Origin: Neocallimastix sp. 'constans'
Taxonomy: Eukaryota
DNA: 64,000 nt
Direction: 5' to 3'
Assembly (NCBI GenBank): GCA_050613775.1
Contig: JBODTK010000110.1
Span: forward strand, 62,001 to 126,000
In this document: positions 17,224-26,864 of the stretch, piece by piece
Position numbering within the stretch: position 1 is the stretch's first letter
How the letters are laid out: each line of letters starts with the position of its first letter
Notes under the pieces: generated by a model
Database searches by the model: none
The model's input: only the letters and a program-made list of their open reading frames with translations
Told to the model about the DNA's origin: nothing
Position numbers and translations under genes: made by a program

Positions 17224-17389
17224 TCGTGCAATCTGATAGTACACACTATCTGACGTGCAGCTTACCTCTTGAAAGGTGTCATGCCACGCGTGTGCCACGG
17301 TTACTATTTTCAATATAAAAAATAGCAGTCCAGAGCCTACTAGCCCAATTACTATGTAGGATAAACTTAACCCGGAAATCTATGCACGA
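17224..17389 (-). ncRNA. Conserved structured cis-RNA in the 5' leader of element A
   Basis: GC-richer island highly similar to 24691-24850 in element B, with compensatory changes in several stems. Confidence 0.7.
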
Positions 17390-17549
17390 ATATTAGTTTA
17401 ATTTAATAATAATTAATATTTTTAACAATTAATAATAATTAGTTAAAAATATAAAAATTGTTTTTTAAAAAAAAAATTTTTTGTTTTATTAGAAAAATTA
17501 TTTATTAATATTATAATTTTATCCCCAATGTATTAATTTATTATTATAT

Positions 17550-17567
17550 TCCCCGATATCTCCACCA
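17550..17567 (-). promoter_or_regulatory. Primer-binding site complementary to the 3' 18 nt of tRNA-Ala (element A)
   Basis: TGGTGGAGATATCGGGGA is the complement of UCCCCGAUAUCUCCACCA; the UCUCC-A-CCA acceptor end with U70 is typical of tRNA-Ala. Confidence 0.85.
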
Positions 17568-17575
17568 ATTTTTCA

Positions 17576-18359
17576 TGGTATGGTTCATATAATTTTAGGA
17601 ATATAATAATAATTAACACAAATAATAAAATTACAATAAAAATAATTTTGTTTTAAAATCAATGTTTATTTATTTAAATTTATAAAAGAAAAATAATAAT
17701 ATAATTATTTATTTAATAAAAAGAAAGTTATTGATTATATTTTATTTCACTAAAATTACATGTATTTATATTTTTTATCAAATTAAAATTTGTAAAGCCT
17801 AACTATTTTTTTAATAAACTAATTACTAATTATTTTTATAAATAAAACATTTAAATTGAAATTGAATTATTATTTTAGTTAATAATATTATTGTTATAAA
17901 TAGTAGTTATATATTATTGAATTATTAATTATTTAATAATAGTTTAATACTAATATATATAAAATAAAAATAAAGAGATTATACAGAATATTTTATTGTG
18001 GTTTAGTTAAATTTAGTAATTAAAAATAAATTTAAATTGATAACGAAAATTTTAATAACTAATTAAATAGATTTGATTATTTTCAATATAACATAATACA
18101 AAAGAAATATAATATTAATATATTAAGTGGGCAAGGACAATATTCTTGGCTAAAGATTTTTAATACATTATAATGGAATCGGATCGATAATTCAAAAAGG
18201 AATTATAAGTTAATTAGTGATTTATTAACTTAAGATTTTTATTTAGTAATATTTGAAGAATATTGGAAAGTTCCAATTATATAGAATAGAATAATCTATA
18301 AGGTTAGAATAATTTATATTATTCTAGCACAATTAGTATTATTTGTTCATTCTGTATTA
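17576..18359 (-). repeat. 5' LTR of element A
   Basis: Direct repeat of 11359-12142; adjacent to the PBS. Confidence 0.95.
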
Positions 18360-18361
18360 TT

Positions 18362-18702
18362 TGTTAAGGTTTTAGAGAATTAAATAAAAATAAAGTAAGA
18401 AACACAAATTTTATTTATTTATTTATTATTTTTATTTATAAATTTATTTGATTTTATTTTATTTTATTTTATTTGATTTGATTTTATTTTATTTTATGAT
18501 ATTTAAAAATTAGTAGCAAAATTTACAACTATTTATACTTTTTTTTCAAGGCATAAAAGTTGTTCTTGCCACTAAATTACATTTTATTATTATTTTTCTT
18601 TTTATATATAAAAACTATTAAATTTAAATTGATTTTTATAATCAATTATATAAAATTTAATTATAACAATATAAATAAAATACATTTATAATATTAATAA
18701 AA

Positions 18703-18741
<39 letters not shown>

Positions 18742-19229
18742 CTATCTAAAATATTACTAATAAGAATTTATTTAATTGGCTAAAATTTTTATTACACTCT
18801 GTTAAAATATTCAAATAAAAATAAAAATACTATTCTAATATAAAGGTTTTTAATAAAATAAAATATTTTTCAATATAAAATAAAACATTTCGATATAAAA
18901 TTTTATAATAAAAGTTAAAATATAATATATAAATTTTTAATTATCAATATATAAAAATATTATTAATACAAATTTTCATTATTAATATAAAAATAAAAAA
19001 AATAAGATTTATTATTAATATTGTTAATATAAGTTTTAAATATATAAAAATATTACTATTAATATAAGATTTAATATAAAAATTATAAAGTTTAATATAA
19101 TTTTTGATCTAATTTTTAATCTTTGAATTTAAAAATTTATTAAAGTACAAAAATAATAATGTACACATAATGTATTAGAAATAAATCGTAGATTTAATTA
19201 AGAATGCATTATTTAGTACATTCTTATCA
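18362..19229 (-). repeat. 3' LTR of element B
   Basis: TGTTAAGG...CTTATCA, same length as 25549-26416 and no differences seen by eye. Confidence 0.95.
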
Positions 19230-19247
19230 AGATGCCCCGACGAAGAC

Positions 19248-22200
19248 TCAAGCTTCTCTGTAAGCGGAGTTAAACTTTACTAAATTTTTAAAATGAACAT
19301 TCCTATCGAGTTGTTTCCCAGTTTTCTGATCGATTAAGGTTGCCGTGTTGAATTGAATTTTTAAAATTTTAAATGGTCCATTGTAATATGGTTCTAGCTT
19401 AGTGCGGCTAAAGTTTCTAACAAGAACAAGATCACCAGCTTTTAATTCTTTTCCTTTTTTCATACTTATTTGTTCTTCTCGTCTTGTTGCCCAATACTTG
19501 TTAGCATTCTTCACATTTTCGCATGCTTCTCTAGTCCATTGATAATGACGAACAAATTTTTCCATTAAAATTTCATCATACGATTTACCTGCATTTTCAA
19601 TTGTTCTTATGGCTATATCATAAGGCTGTTGGTCTTCTCTTCCATATACTAATTCAAAACTAGAATGTCCGGTAGCTGTGTTTTTGGTAGTTCGAAGTGC
19701 CCATAAAGCAGAAGGTAAAACTTCATCCCAATCTTGATTTTTCCTTCCTAATAAACGAAGTAATTTTCCAATTTCTTTATTTCGGTTTTCAGTGAGACCA
19801 TTGGATTCAGGGTGATAGGTAGCTATGAATTTTACATAAACATCATAAAGATCAAGAAAGATTTTAGTCATATCAGAAGTGAATTGGACTCCATTATCTG
19901 TAGTAATAACTTGAGGCACACCATGTCTTGCAAAAACGTTTATTAAAAATTTAATTATATCAGAGGAAGTTATGTTTTCAGTGGGTTCGGCTTCAACCCA
20001 TTTGGTAAAGTAATCAACAGTTACTATAATATATTGATTATTATTTCTTGTTTTTGGTAACGGTCCTATAATATCTAATCCTAAATGCACAAAGGGACCC
20101 TCCACTTTAGTTGGATGGTTTTCGGTTGGTTCTGGATATGGTTGAGGACGATTTAACTGGCATTTTTCACAATTACTAACAATTCTTTTGATATCTTTAA
20201 TCATATGATTCCAATAAAAGTTTTTCTTAAGTCTTTGATATGTTTTGTAATATCCTTCGTGGCCAATATTATGAGCTTCTAAAATTAATTTAAACCTTTC
20301 ATTTTCGTCCGTTATTAATTTTCTATAATTTCCATTGTCGATAAAATAATCTTCACCATCAATAACAGTAAACTTTTCATTAATAAATTCCTTTATAACT
20401 TTAGATAATAATTCTTCATTATTTCCATTAGTAATTTTTGTTAATAATATCTTTCTCTCTTCCTTACTTTTCATTCTTGAAAGAGCATCAGCTAACACAT
20501 TCTTTTTGCCTGATTCATATTTTATATTAATTCCGAGCATACTAGCGGTTAGACACCATCTTGTTTGCCTTGCATTCAAAGGTTCTTTATTCTTAAATAA
20601 ACCAACTAATGGTTTATGATCTGTGTAAATAGTTGTAGGTAATGGATTTCCTTCAATATAAGATTTAAATTTAGTCATACAGTAAAACAAAGCGGTTCCT
20701 TCTAAATCGGTAATACCATAATTCTTTTCAGCTTTCTTTAAACTTCTACTTATAAAGTGTATTGGATGCTCCTTACCGGTTTCTTCTTCTTTTTGTAAAA
20801 GAACTCCACCAATTCCATTATACGAAGCATCAGTTCTAATGATAAAAGGTTTGTCAAATGACGGAAATTTTAGAATAGGTGCATTGATTAATTTTTCTTT
20901 TAGGAGTTCAAAGCTTTCTTGTTGTTCTTTATTCCATTCATATTTGGTATTCTTTTTCAATAATTTACATAAAGGTGAGGTAATTTGAGCATATTTAGGA
21001 ATAAAATCACGATAATATCCCACTGCTCCTAAAAATGATCTTAATTCATGAAGTGATGAAGGGGCTTCCCACTTCTTAATAGCTGTTATCTTACTTTCCA
21101 TGGGACTTAATCCTTTAGTAGTAAGTTTGTGACCTAATACATCAACTTCAGTTTGAAGAAAATGGCACTTTTCAATATTAATTTTTAACTTGTTTTCTTT
21201 AAATACTTCTAATACTTGTTTAATATGAATTAAATGTTCTTCGATACTTTTTGAATAGATCAAAACATCATCAATAAATACATAAACAAATTCACCAATA
21301 AAAGGGAATAAAATTTTATTCATTTCTCTTTGGAAGGTTGAGGGAGCTCCAGTAAGTCCAAAAGGCATAACCTTAAATTGATAATTTCCAAACTTAGTAG
21401 TGAAAGTGGTTACTTCAACGCTTTCTTCATCCATTAAGATTTGGTGAAAACCAGAAAATAAATCAAGAGTTGTAAATATTTTAGCTCCTCCGAGACTATC
21501 AAAAATTTCATCTATATATGGAACTGAATAAGAATCTTTTTCTGTCATATCATTGACTTTTCGGTAGTCAATGCACAAGCGCCACTTTCCATTGTGTTTT
21601 AGAATGAGTACTACTGGAGATGACCATTCTGAACAGGATGGTTCTATCAATCCTTTCTTAATAAGCTTTGTAAGTTCTTCTTTTAAGATATCTGATTTTA
21701 ATTTAGTTAACCTATAACTTCTTAATTTTACTGGCTTTGCATTTGCTTTCAAACGGATCTTATGTGGTGAAAGTTTAGAAGGAGTTAGTTCTTCTGTTGA
21801 AGTGGCAACTATGTCAATCATTTCTTTGAGAATTTTAATAATTTGTTCTTTATAATCTTTATTTAAGGTACTTAAAAATTCATCACTCTCAATAAATTCC
21901 ATTGGAGTTAATTCCTTTATAATTTCCTTTTCATTATTCGTTTCTTTAACTTTTCTAATAGTGCAAATTATACTTTCTTCATCATAATATTGATTATTTA
22001 TTTTAGCTATTTCTTCGTATTCACTTTCTGACAAAAGTTTACATAGACTGTTTAAGGTTGGATGAATAAATAAACAATGATCGATTTGAGTTTTAAAGTT
22101 TATTAACATATCATAAAATGAGTCTTCTTTCTCAATAATTCTAAAGTCCGCATTAAATTCATAATTATTAATTTTTACTGGTAATCGAACAATAATTCCT

Positions 22201-23258
22201 TCCGAGTATTCTTCATCTTGTGTTGCTAGTTGGATTCTTCCACGACTTTTTCCAACTGTTTCATATTCACCAGGTAATTTATCAAAATACTGCTTAGTAA
22301 CGATGCTTAGGTTACTACAAGAATCAATTAAAAGTTTTCCTAGTACTCCGTCAACACTTGCATCAACCATTGCTAAGTCTTCTTCGGCTACTTCATTACT
22401 TTTACTTATGTAGCTATGGTCATAGTTATTTACTAATAAAGTTCGTGCTATTACATTGTCTACAGTTCCAATTATTTTAGACTTTTCTAACTTTAAACCT
22501 TGAGTTAATTGTGAACGAATTTTAGGACATGCATTCAAGAGTTGACCTATCGTAATACTGGATTTAAGATTATTTAAATCATCCATAATATTGTAAGGTT
22601 CTTTATTATTCATCATTTTGATATTCCTTTTTACTAATTGAGTATTTCCATTATTAGTTTCCTTAGTTTTTGTTGAAATTAATTTTTCCAAAGTATTAGT
22701 TTTATTTTGTTGATTATCTTTATTCATTTCTAGATCTTCTATTTCATTATCGATTACAAGTATATCTTCAGATTCAACTTTTTCCTTTCCTTTTGATGAA
22801 TAATTGTTGTTTTCTTCTTTACTTTCTCTTACTCTTGTCATATTTCTTAATTCCTTTTCTTTTTGTTTTTCTTTGTTAATATTTGGTTGAGTTAAAATTG
22901 AAGGAAGTATTTGATTTTTATAAACTTTATTTGGTTTATTATGCAGCTCATTTTCTTTCTTCTTTCTTAAAGCAGGAGTTGCAAAAGGACGTGGATTATC
23001 TTTTAAACTTTTATGTACTTTCTTGGAATTATTTTCTTCTTTTTCGCTGTTATTATCATTCATTTTTCTTTTTACAGCATTTATAATGATATCATCCTCA
23101 CTTTCAGTTGTGTCACTAAAATCAGATTCTTCAGATTCTTCGTTAAAGGAATTATTATCAATTGGAGTATTCTTAGTAAAAGTATTATTTTGTAAATTAT
23201 TTAATGAAGCTATTGTTTTGTCATTGGGAGTGCTTCTGCTCCCATTTAGAAGTTTAAA
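19248..23258 (-). CDS. pol: Pol of element B (PR-RT-RH-IN, GPF motif, no chromodomain), expressed by -1 frameshift
   Basis: LLIDSCSN, WRLCIDYRKVN, FIDD, TDAS, HHCC, DDE, KLEPYYNGPFKI. The frame is open from the slippery site at 23252-23258 to the annotated ATG at 23063. Confidence 0.95.
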   Translation of the reverse strand, partial: FKLLNGSRSTPNDKTIASLNNLQNNTFTKNTPIDNNSFNEESEESDFSDTTESEDDIIINAVKRKMNDNNSEKEENNSKKVHKSLKDNPRPFATPALRKKKENELHNKPNKVYKNQILPSILTQPNINKEKQKEKELRNMTRVRESKEENNNYSSKGKEKVESEDILVIDNEIEDLEMNKDNQQNKTNTLEKLISTKTKETNNGNTQLVKRNIKMMNNKEPYNIMDDLNNLKSSITIGQLLNACPKIRSQLTQGLKLEKSKIIGTVDNVIARTLLVNNYDHSYISKSNEVAEEDLAMVDASVDGVLGKLLIDSCSNLSIVTKQYFDKLPGEYETVGKSRGRIQLATQDEEYSEGIIVRLPVKINNYEFNADFRIIEKEDSFYDMLINFKTQIDHCLFIHPTLNSLCKLLSESEYEEIAKINNQYYDEESIICTIRKVKETNNEKEIIKELTPMEFIESDEFLSTLNKDYKEQIIKILKEMIDIVATSTEELTPSKLSPHKIRLKANAKPVKLRSYRLTKLKSDILKEELTKLIKKGLIEPSCSEWSSPVVLILKHNGKWRLCIDYRKVNDMTEKDSYSVPYIDEIFDSLGGAKIFTTLDLFSGFHQILMDEESVEVTTFTTKFGNYQFKVMPFGLTGAPSTFQREMNKILFPFIGEFVYVFIDDVLIYSKSIEEHLIHIKQVLEVFKENKLKINIEKCHFLQTEVDVLGHKLTTKGLSPMESKITAIKKWEAPSSLHELRSFLGAVGYYRDFIPKYAQITSPLCKLLKKNTKYEWNKEQQESFELLKEKLINAPILKFPSFDKPFIIRTDASYNGIGGVLLQKEEETGKEHPIHFISRSLKKAEKNYGITDLEGTALFYCMTKFKSYIEGNPLPTTIYTDHKPLVGLFKNKEPLNARQTRWCLTASMLGINIKYESGKKNVLADALSRMKSKEERKILLTKITNGNNEELLSKVIKEFINEKFTVIDGEDYFIDNGNYRKLITDENERFKLILEAHNIGHEGYYKTYQRLKKNFYWNHMIKDIKRIVSNCEKCQLNRPQPYPEPTENHPTKVEGPFVHLGLDIIGPLPKTRNNNQYIIVTVDYFTKWVEAEPTENITSSDIIKFLINVFARHGVPQVITTDNGVQFTSDMTKIFLDLYDVYVKFIATYHPESNGLTENRNKEIGKLLRLLGRKNQDWDEVLPSALWALRTTKNTATGHSSFELVYGREDQQPYDIAIRTIENAGKSYDEILMEKFVRHYQWTREACENVKNANKYWATRREEQISMKKGKELKAGDLVLVRNFSRTKLEPYYNGPFKILKIQFNTATLIDQKTGKQLDRNVHFKNLVKFNSAYREA
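23206..23258 (-). promoter_or_regulatory. -1 frameshift signal of element B: U UUA AAC + 7-nt spacer + pseudoknot
   Basis: Sense: UUUAAAC uucuaaa UGGGAG ca GAAGC a CUCCCA augacaaaacaaua GCUUC. Confidence 0.85.
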
Positions 23259-24157
23259 GACTTTTTGGAATATATTTCTTTTTTATTTTTTTCCATAATC
23301 TTATTTAATTGAGGGCAATAGTATGAGTAATGACCTTCTTCCTTACAGAAGAAGCAAGTTTTAACGGATAAATTTCTCATTTTCTGGGTTGATTCTTCTA
23401 TAATATCTTGAGGTTTCGGTTTATTATTTGTTTGATTTGTTTGGAAAGTTTCGTTTCTTCTTTTAGGATAAAGTCTTGAAGTAGTACTGTTTTGATTATT
23501 TTGATTATGTTGGGAATTATTAACATTATAGGTATTAATATTATTGTTCCTTACAGAAAGTCTATCTACTTTCTCGGCAATTTTGAAAGCTTTATCCATA
23601 CTTATATCATCTTTAAGGGATAATTTCTTCCAGGCTTCATAATTATTTTGAATAGAATCAATATAATCTAGTACACCAATTCGCTTTCTTCTCTTTTTAT
23701 CAAGTTTAGTGTACAAAGTTCTATATCTTACATTAAAGTCTTTAATCTTTTCGTTTCTTTTAATTCGCATTGCACGAAGTTCTTTAAGAAGTAAATTTTG
23801 GTCTTCTTTAATACCGTAAAAATTTTCAAGACTTGAAATAATTTTTTCAAGGGAAGGAAATTTAATATCATCATCAACATTTTCTTCTTCATCATCATCT
23901 TCTTCTTCATCTGATGAATCATCCCTTTCATCATCACTATCTTCTCCCAAATCTTCAATAACGCGTTGTACTTCACCAGAGCTGGTAAGTAAACAAGCAT
24001 TAAATATTGTTTCTGGATCTGTAATACCTTGTATCTTGATCCAAAGTTTTAATTCAGTAGCCCAGGACTTAATATCTAAATTGTCCTTGCTAAGTTTCAC
24101 AATATCTCTTAATTCTTTTTTCAATTCTTTAAAGCTCAAAGTTGTTTCCTTGGACAT
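23246..24157 (-). CDS. gag: Gag of element B with acidic insert and CCHC knuckle
   Basis: CFFCKEEGHYSYYC. Probable start MSKETTLSFKELKKEL (ATG 24157) aligns with LSFRELKKEL of element A gag. Confidence 0.9.
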   Translation of the reverse strand: MSKETTLSFKELKKELRDIVKLSKDNLDIKSWATELKLWIKIQGITDPETIFNACLLTSSGEVQRVIEDLGEDSDDERDDSSDEEEDDDEEENVDDDIKFPSLEKIISSLENFYGIKEDQNLLLKELRAMRIKRNEKIKDFNVRYRTLYTKLDKKRRKRIGVLDYIDSIQNNYEAWKKLSLKDDISMDKAFKIAEKVDRLSVRNNNINTYNVNNSQHNQNNQNSTTSRLYPKRRNETFQTNQTNNKPKPQDIIEESTQKMRNLSVKTCFFCKEEGHYSYYCPQLNKIMEKNKKEIYSKKSLNF

Positions 24158-24332
24158 TTTGTTTAAATATTTCTTGTTGTATATTAATGAGGTGATTAAA
24201 TAAGAATAAATTTGGAAATACAACTTTAAAAATATAATTTAATAGGTAATTTAATATCGAATCAATTTTTAAAACAATATATTTTAGTAACTTTTGAAAA
24301 TAATAATTTTATTTGCTTTCTTTAGTAGATAT

Positions 24333-24520
24333 AAGCTCGAAATCCTTATCGACAACTTAGTAGAAATTATAAAGCACGAGGTTCTTTTCGACTACTTTAT
24401 TAAGAATAATTTTTAAGTTCGAAATCTTTATCGACAACTCAATAGAATAATTTAAGTTCGAAATCTTTATCGACAACTCAATAGAATATTTTTCAAGCTC
24501 GAAACCTTTATCGACCACTT
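24333..24520 (-). repeat. Five ~40-bp tandem hairpin repeats in the leader of element B
   Basis: AAG(C/T)TCGAAATC(T/C)TTATCGACAACT-like units start at 24333, 24372 (diverged), 24415, 24454 and 24495. Confidence 0.9.
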
Positions 24521-24690
24521 GAATTTTGTAATTTAGTATATTTGTAGTAATAAATTTAGAAGCAAAGTTTTATTTATTATTTTCACCTTTCAAAAATTTT
24601 TCTTTTTAAACGATAAATATTGTATTGTTATAGCTAATAAAATTATTAATTAATTATAATTATTAAATACAAAAAAATAATCTTTATTGT

Positions 24691-24850
24691 CGTACAATCT
24701 GATAGTACACACTGTCTGACGTGCAGCTTACCTAATGGTGTCATGCCACGCGTGTGCCACGATTACTATATTCAATATAAAATATAGCAGTTCAGAGCCT
24801 ACTAGCCCAATTACTATGTAGGATAAACTTAATCCGATAATCTATGTACG
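24691..24850 (-). ncRNA. Conserved structured cis-RNA in the 5' leader of element B
   Basis: Homologue of 17224-17389. Confidence 0.7.
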
Positions 24851-25524
24851 GAATAAAAAAAAATTTTAAAAGTATTCAATAATATTTTTATTAACTAATA
24901 AAAATTAACTAAAAACACAATATTTTCAAGTAAATTAAGATTCTTTTACAGGAATTATTAAACAAATAAAGTATCAGTAATAAAAAAAAATAAAAAAAAT
25001 TTAAATGGCGAAGTTAGCCAAAGTCTGATACTTTATATAATAAAGTGCCTTATAACTAGCACAAAGAAAAGTAAAAAAAAATATATATAAAAAAAACAAT
25101 CTTACGCCTTCGGTGACGTAAGCTCCTTATTCGCCAGTGCTTGGAAAGTACCCGCACCTTCGTGTGTTGAAACGTTGAAGGCTGAACTATTATTACCGGG
25201 TCGGTAACCAAATACCTTCGTCTACTTTCCAATTAATCTCCAAATTAACTACTATTCAATAACCTACTATGAATAGAGTTAATTTGTTGCTATCTGAGAA
25301 TACACTGTGTATGAGCTCTATCCGCTCCTTGTTATAATTTTACAAAATTTGTTTTTTTTTTTTTTTTGAATCTTAATTTTACTTATTTAAAAAAAAATTT
25401 TTTTATATATATATCAAACAAGCGCCATAGGTTAATCAAAGGATTAACGACTTACTTGTTTATCAATATAAAATAAAAAAAAATTAAAAAAAATCTATGT
25501 TATTTACTATTATTTCTATTTAAT

Positions 25525-25542
25525 TCCCCGATATCTCCACCA
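25525..25542 (-). promoter_or_regulatory. tRNA-Ala primer-binding site (element B)
   Basis: Identical 18-mer to the PBS of element A. Confidence 0.85.
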
Positions 25543-25548
25543 TATAAA

Positions 25549-25889
25549 TGTTAAGGTTTTAGAGAATTAAATAAAAATAAAGTAAGAAACACAAATTTTA
25601 TTTATTTATTTATTATTTTTATTTATAAATTTATTTGATTTTATTTTATTTTATTTTATTTGATTTGATTTTATTTTATTTTATGATATTTAAAAATTAG
25701 TAGCAAAATTTACAACTATTTATACTTTTTTTTCAAGGCATAAAAGTTGTTCTTGCCACTAAATTACATTTTATTATTATTTTTCTTTTTATATATAAAA
25801 ACTATTAAATTTAAATTGATTTTTATAATCAATTATATAAAATTTAATTATAACAATATAAATAAAATACATTTATAATATTAATAAAA

Positions 25890-25928
<39 letters not shown>

Positions 25929-26416
25929 CTATCTAAAATATTACTAATAAGAATTTATTTAATTGGCTAAAATTTTTATTACACTCTGTTAAAATATTCA
26001 AATAAAAATAAAAATACTATTCTAATATAAAGGTTTTTAATAAAATAAAATATTTTTCAATATAAAATAAAACATTTCGATATAAAATTTTATAATAAAA
26101 GTTAAAATATAATATATAAATTTTTAATTATCAATATATAAAAATATTATTAATACAAATTTTCATTATTAATATAAAAATAAAAAAAATAAGATTTATT
26201 ATTAATATTGTTAATATAAGTTTTAAATATATAAAAATATTACTATTAATATAAGATTTAATATAAAAATTATAAAGTTTAATATAATTTTTGATCTAAT
26301 TTTTAATCTTTGAATTTAAAAATTTATTAAAGTACAAAAATAATAATGTACACATAATGTATTAGAAATAAATCGTAGATTTAATTAAGAATGCATTATT
26401 TAGTACATTCTTATCA
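25549..26416 (-). repeat. 5' LTR of element B
   Basis: Direct repeat of 18362-19229. Confidence 0.95.
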
Positions 26417-26432
26417 TATTATGTATAATAAA

Positions 26433-26864
26433 GCCATGTTGGTCCAGTCGGTTAGGACGATACAGGTCACTGTAGAGGGCGGGGTTCGAATCCTCGGCAT
26501 GGCACCAAATAATCGGATGAGGTTTCTATCCTGGGATATCATGAGACCACACGTGATGTCCATAAGGCTTTCCCTCAGATGATTATTTCACCCAACCCTG
26601 ATACTACGCTTTGAATTGAAGCATAGACCTTGATGATTGTAAAATTTCCAATCGCCAATGATTAATGGTTCCGTTCTGATGCTCGTGGTCATTAGAGATA
26701 TATGTAGGAACGTTAGGAATGCATCTCCGGGCAGTGTGTAACGACGATTGAGAGCGGCGAAGCTGATACAGTATGCCAATAACTCATCACCTTACAGTTA
26801 ATTAATAACTGTATGGCCATATGGGAGATGGGTACCCATATGTGCAAGTCTATGTTTTTTTTTT
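26433..26864 (+). mobile_element. tRNA-derived SINE, copy 1 (T-rich tail); its left TSD is split by the two LTR elements
   Basis: tRNA-like head 26433-26507 with A box TGGTCCAGTCGG, B box GGTTCGAATCC and encoded CCA. Nearly identical inverted copy at 35668-36112. Right TSD TTTTTATGTATAATAAA at 26865-26881 matches 11352-11358 + 26423-26432. Confidence 0.92.

Larger units (their letters stand above)
11359..18359 (-). mobile_element. Full-length Ty3/Gypsy LTR retrotransposon A (7001 bp), 4-bp TSD TTAT
   Basis: 784-bp direct LTRs 11359-12142 and 17576-18359, intact gag and pol (PR-RT-RH-IN order), PBS. TSD TTAT at 11355-11358; the right copy is reconstituted as 18360-18361 + 26421-26422 after removing element B. 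Confidence 0.97.
18362..26416 (-). mobile_element. Full-length Ty3/Gypsy LTR retrotransposon B (8055 bp), TG...CA, 4-bp TSD TATT
   Basis: 868-bp direct LTRs 18362-19229 and 25549-26416; TATT at 18358-18361 and 26417-26420; intact gag and pol; PBS. Confidence 0.97.

Noticed and set aside
17224..17389. Assignment of the leader RNA to lariat-capping, hammerhead, twister or HDV ribozymes, or a dicistrovirus IRES
   Set aside because: Only short superficial word matches; I could not build the required cores, so it is left unassigned.
13307..24000. Short antisense or alternate-frame ORFs inside gag/pol
   Set aside because: Shadows of the real coding frames; not shared between the two elements.
18362..26416. 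Element B as an assembly duplicate of element A
   Set aside because: LTRs are unrelated, the proteins are clearly diverged, and each element has its own TSD.
26433..26507. Functional tRNA gene (His or Asp)
   Set aside because: The anticodon loop is only 4-6 nt, CCA is encoded, and the sequence is the head of a TSD-flanked ~430-bp repeat present twice.
26630..26680. C/D-box snoRNA inside the SINE (TGATGA...CTGA)
   Set aside because: No convincing terminal stem or recognisable rRNA guide, and the TGATGA is paired in a hairpin.
26391..26779. 63-aa ORFs overlapping the SINE
   Set aside because: Chance ORFs in GC-richer DNA; one spans the LTR junction and the other is disrupted by the 20-bp indel in copy 2.
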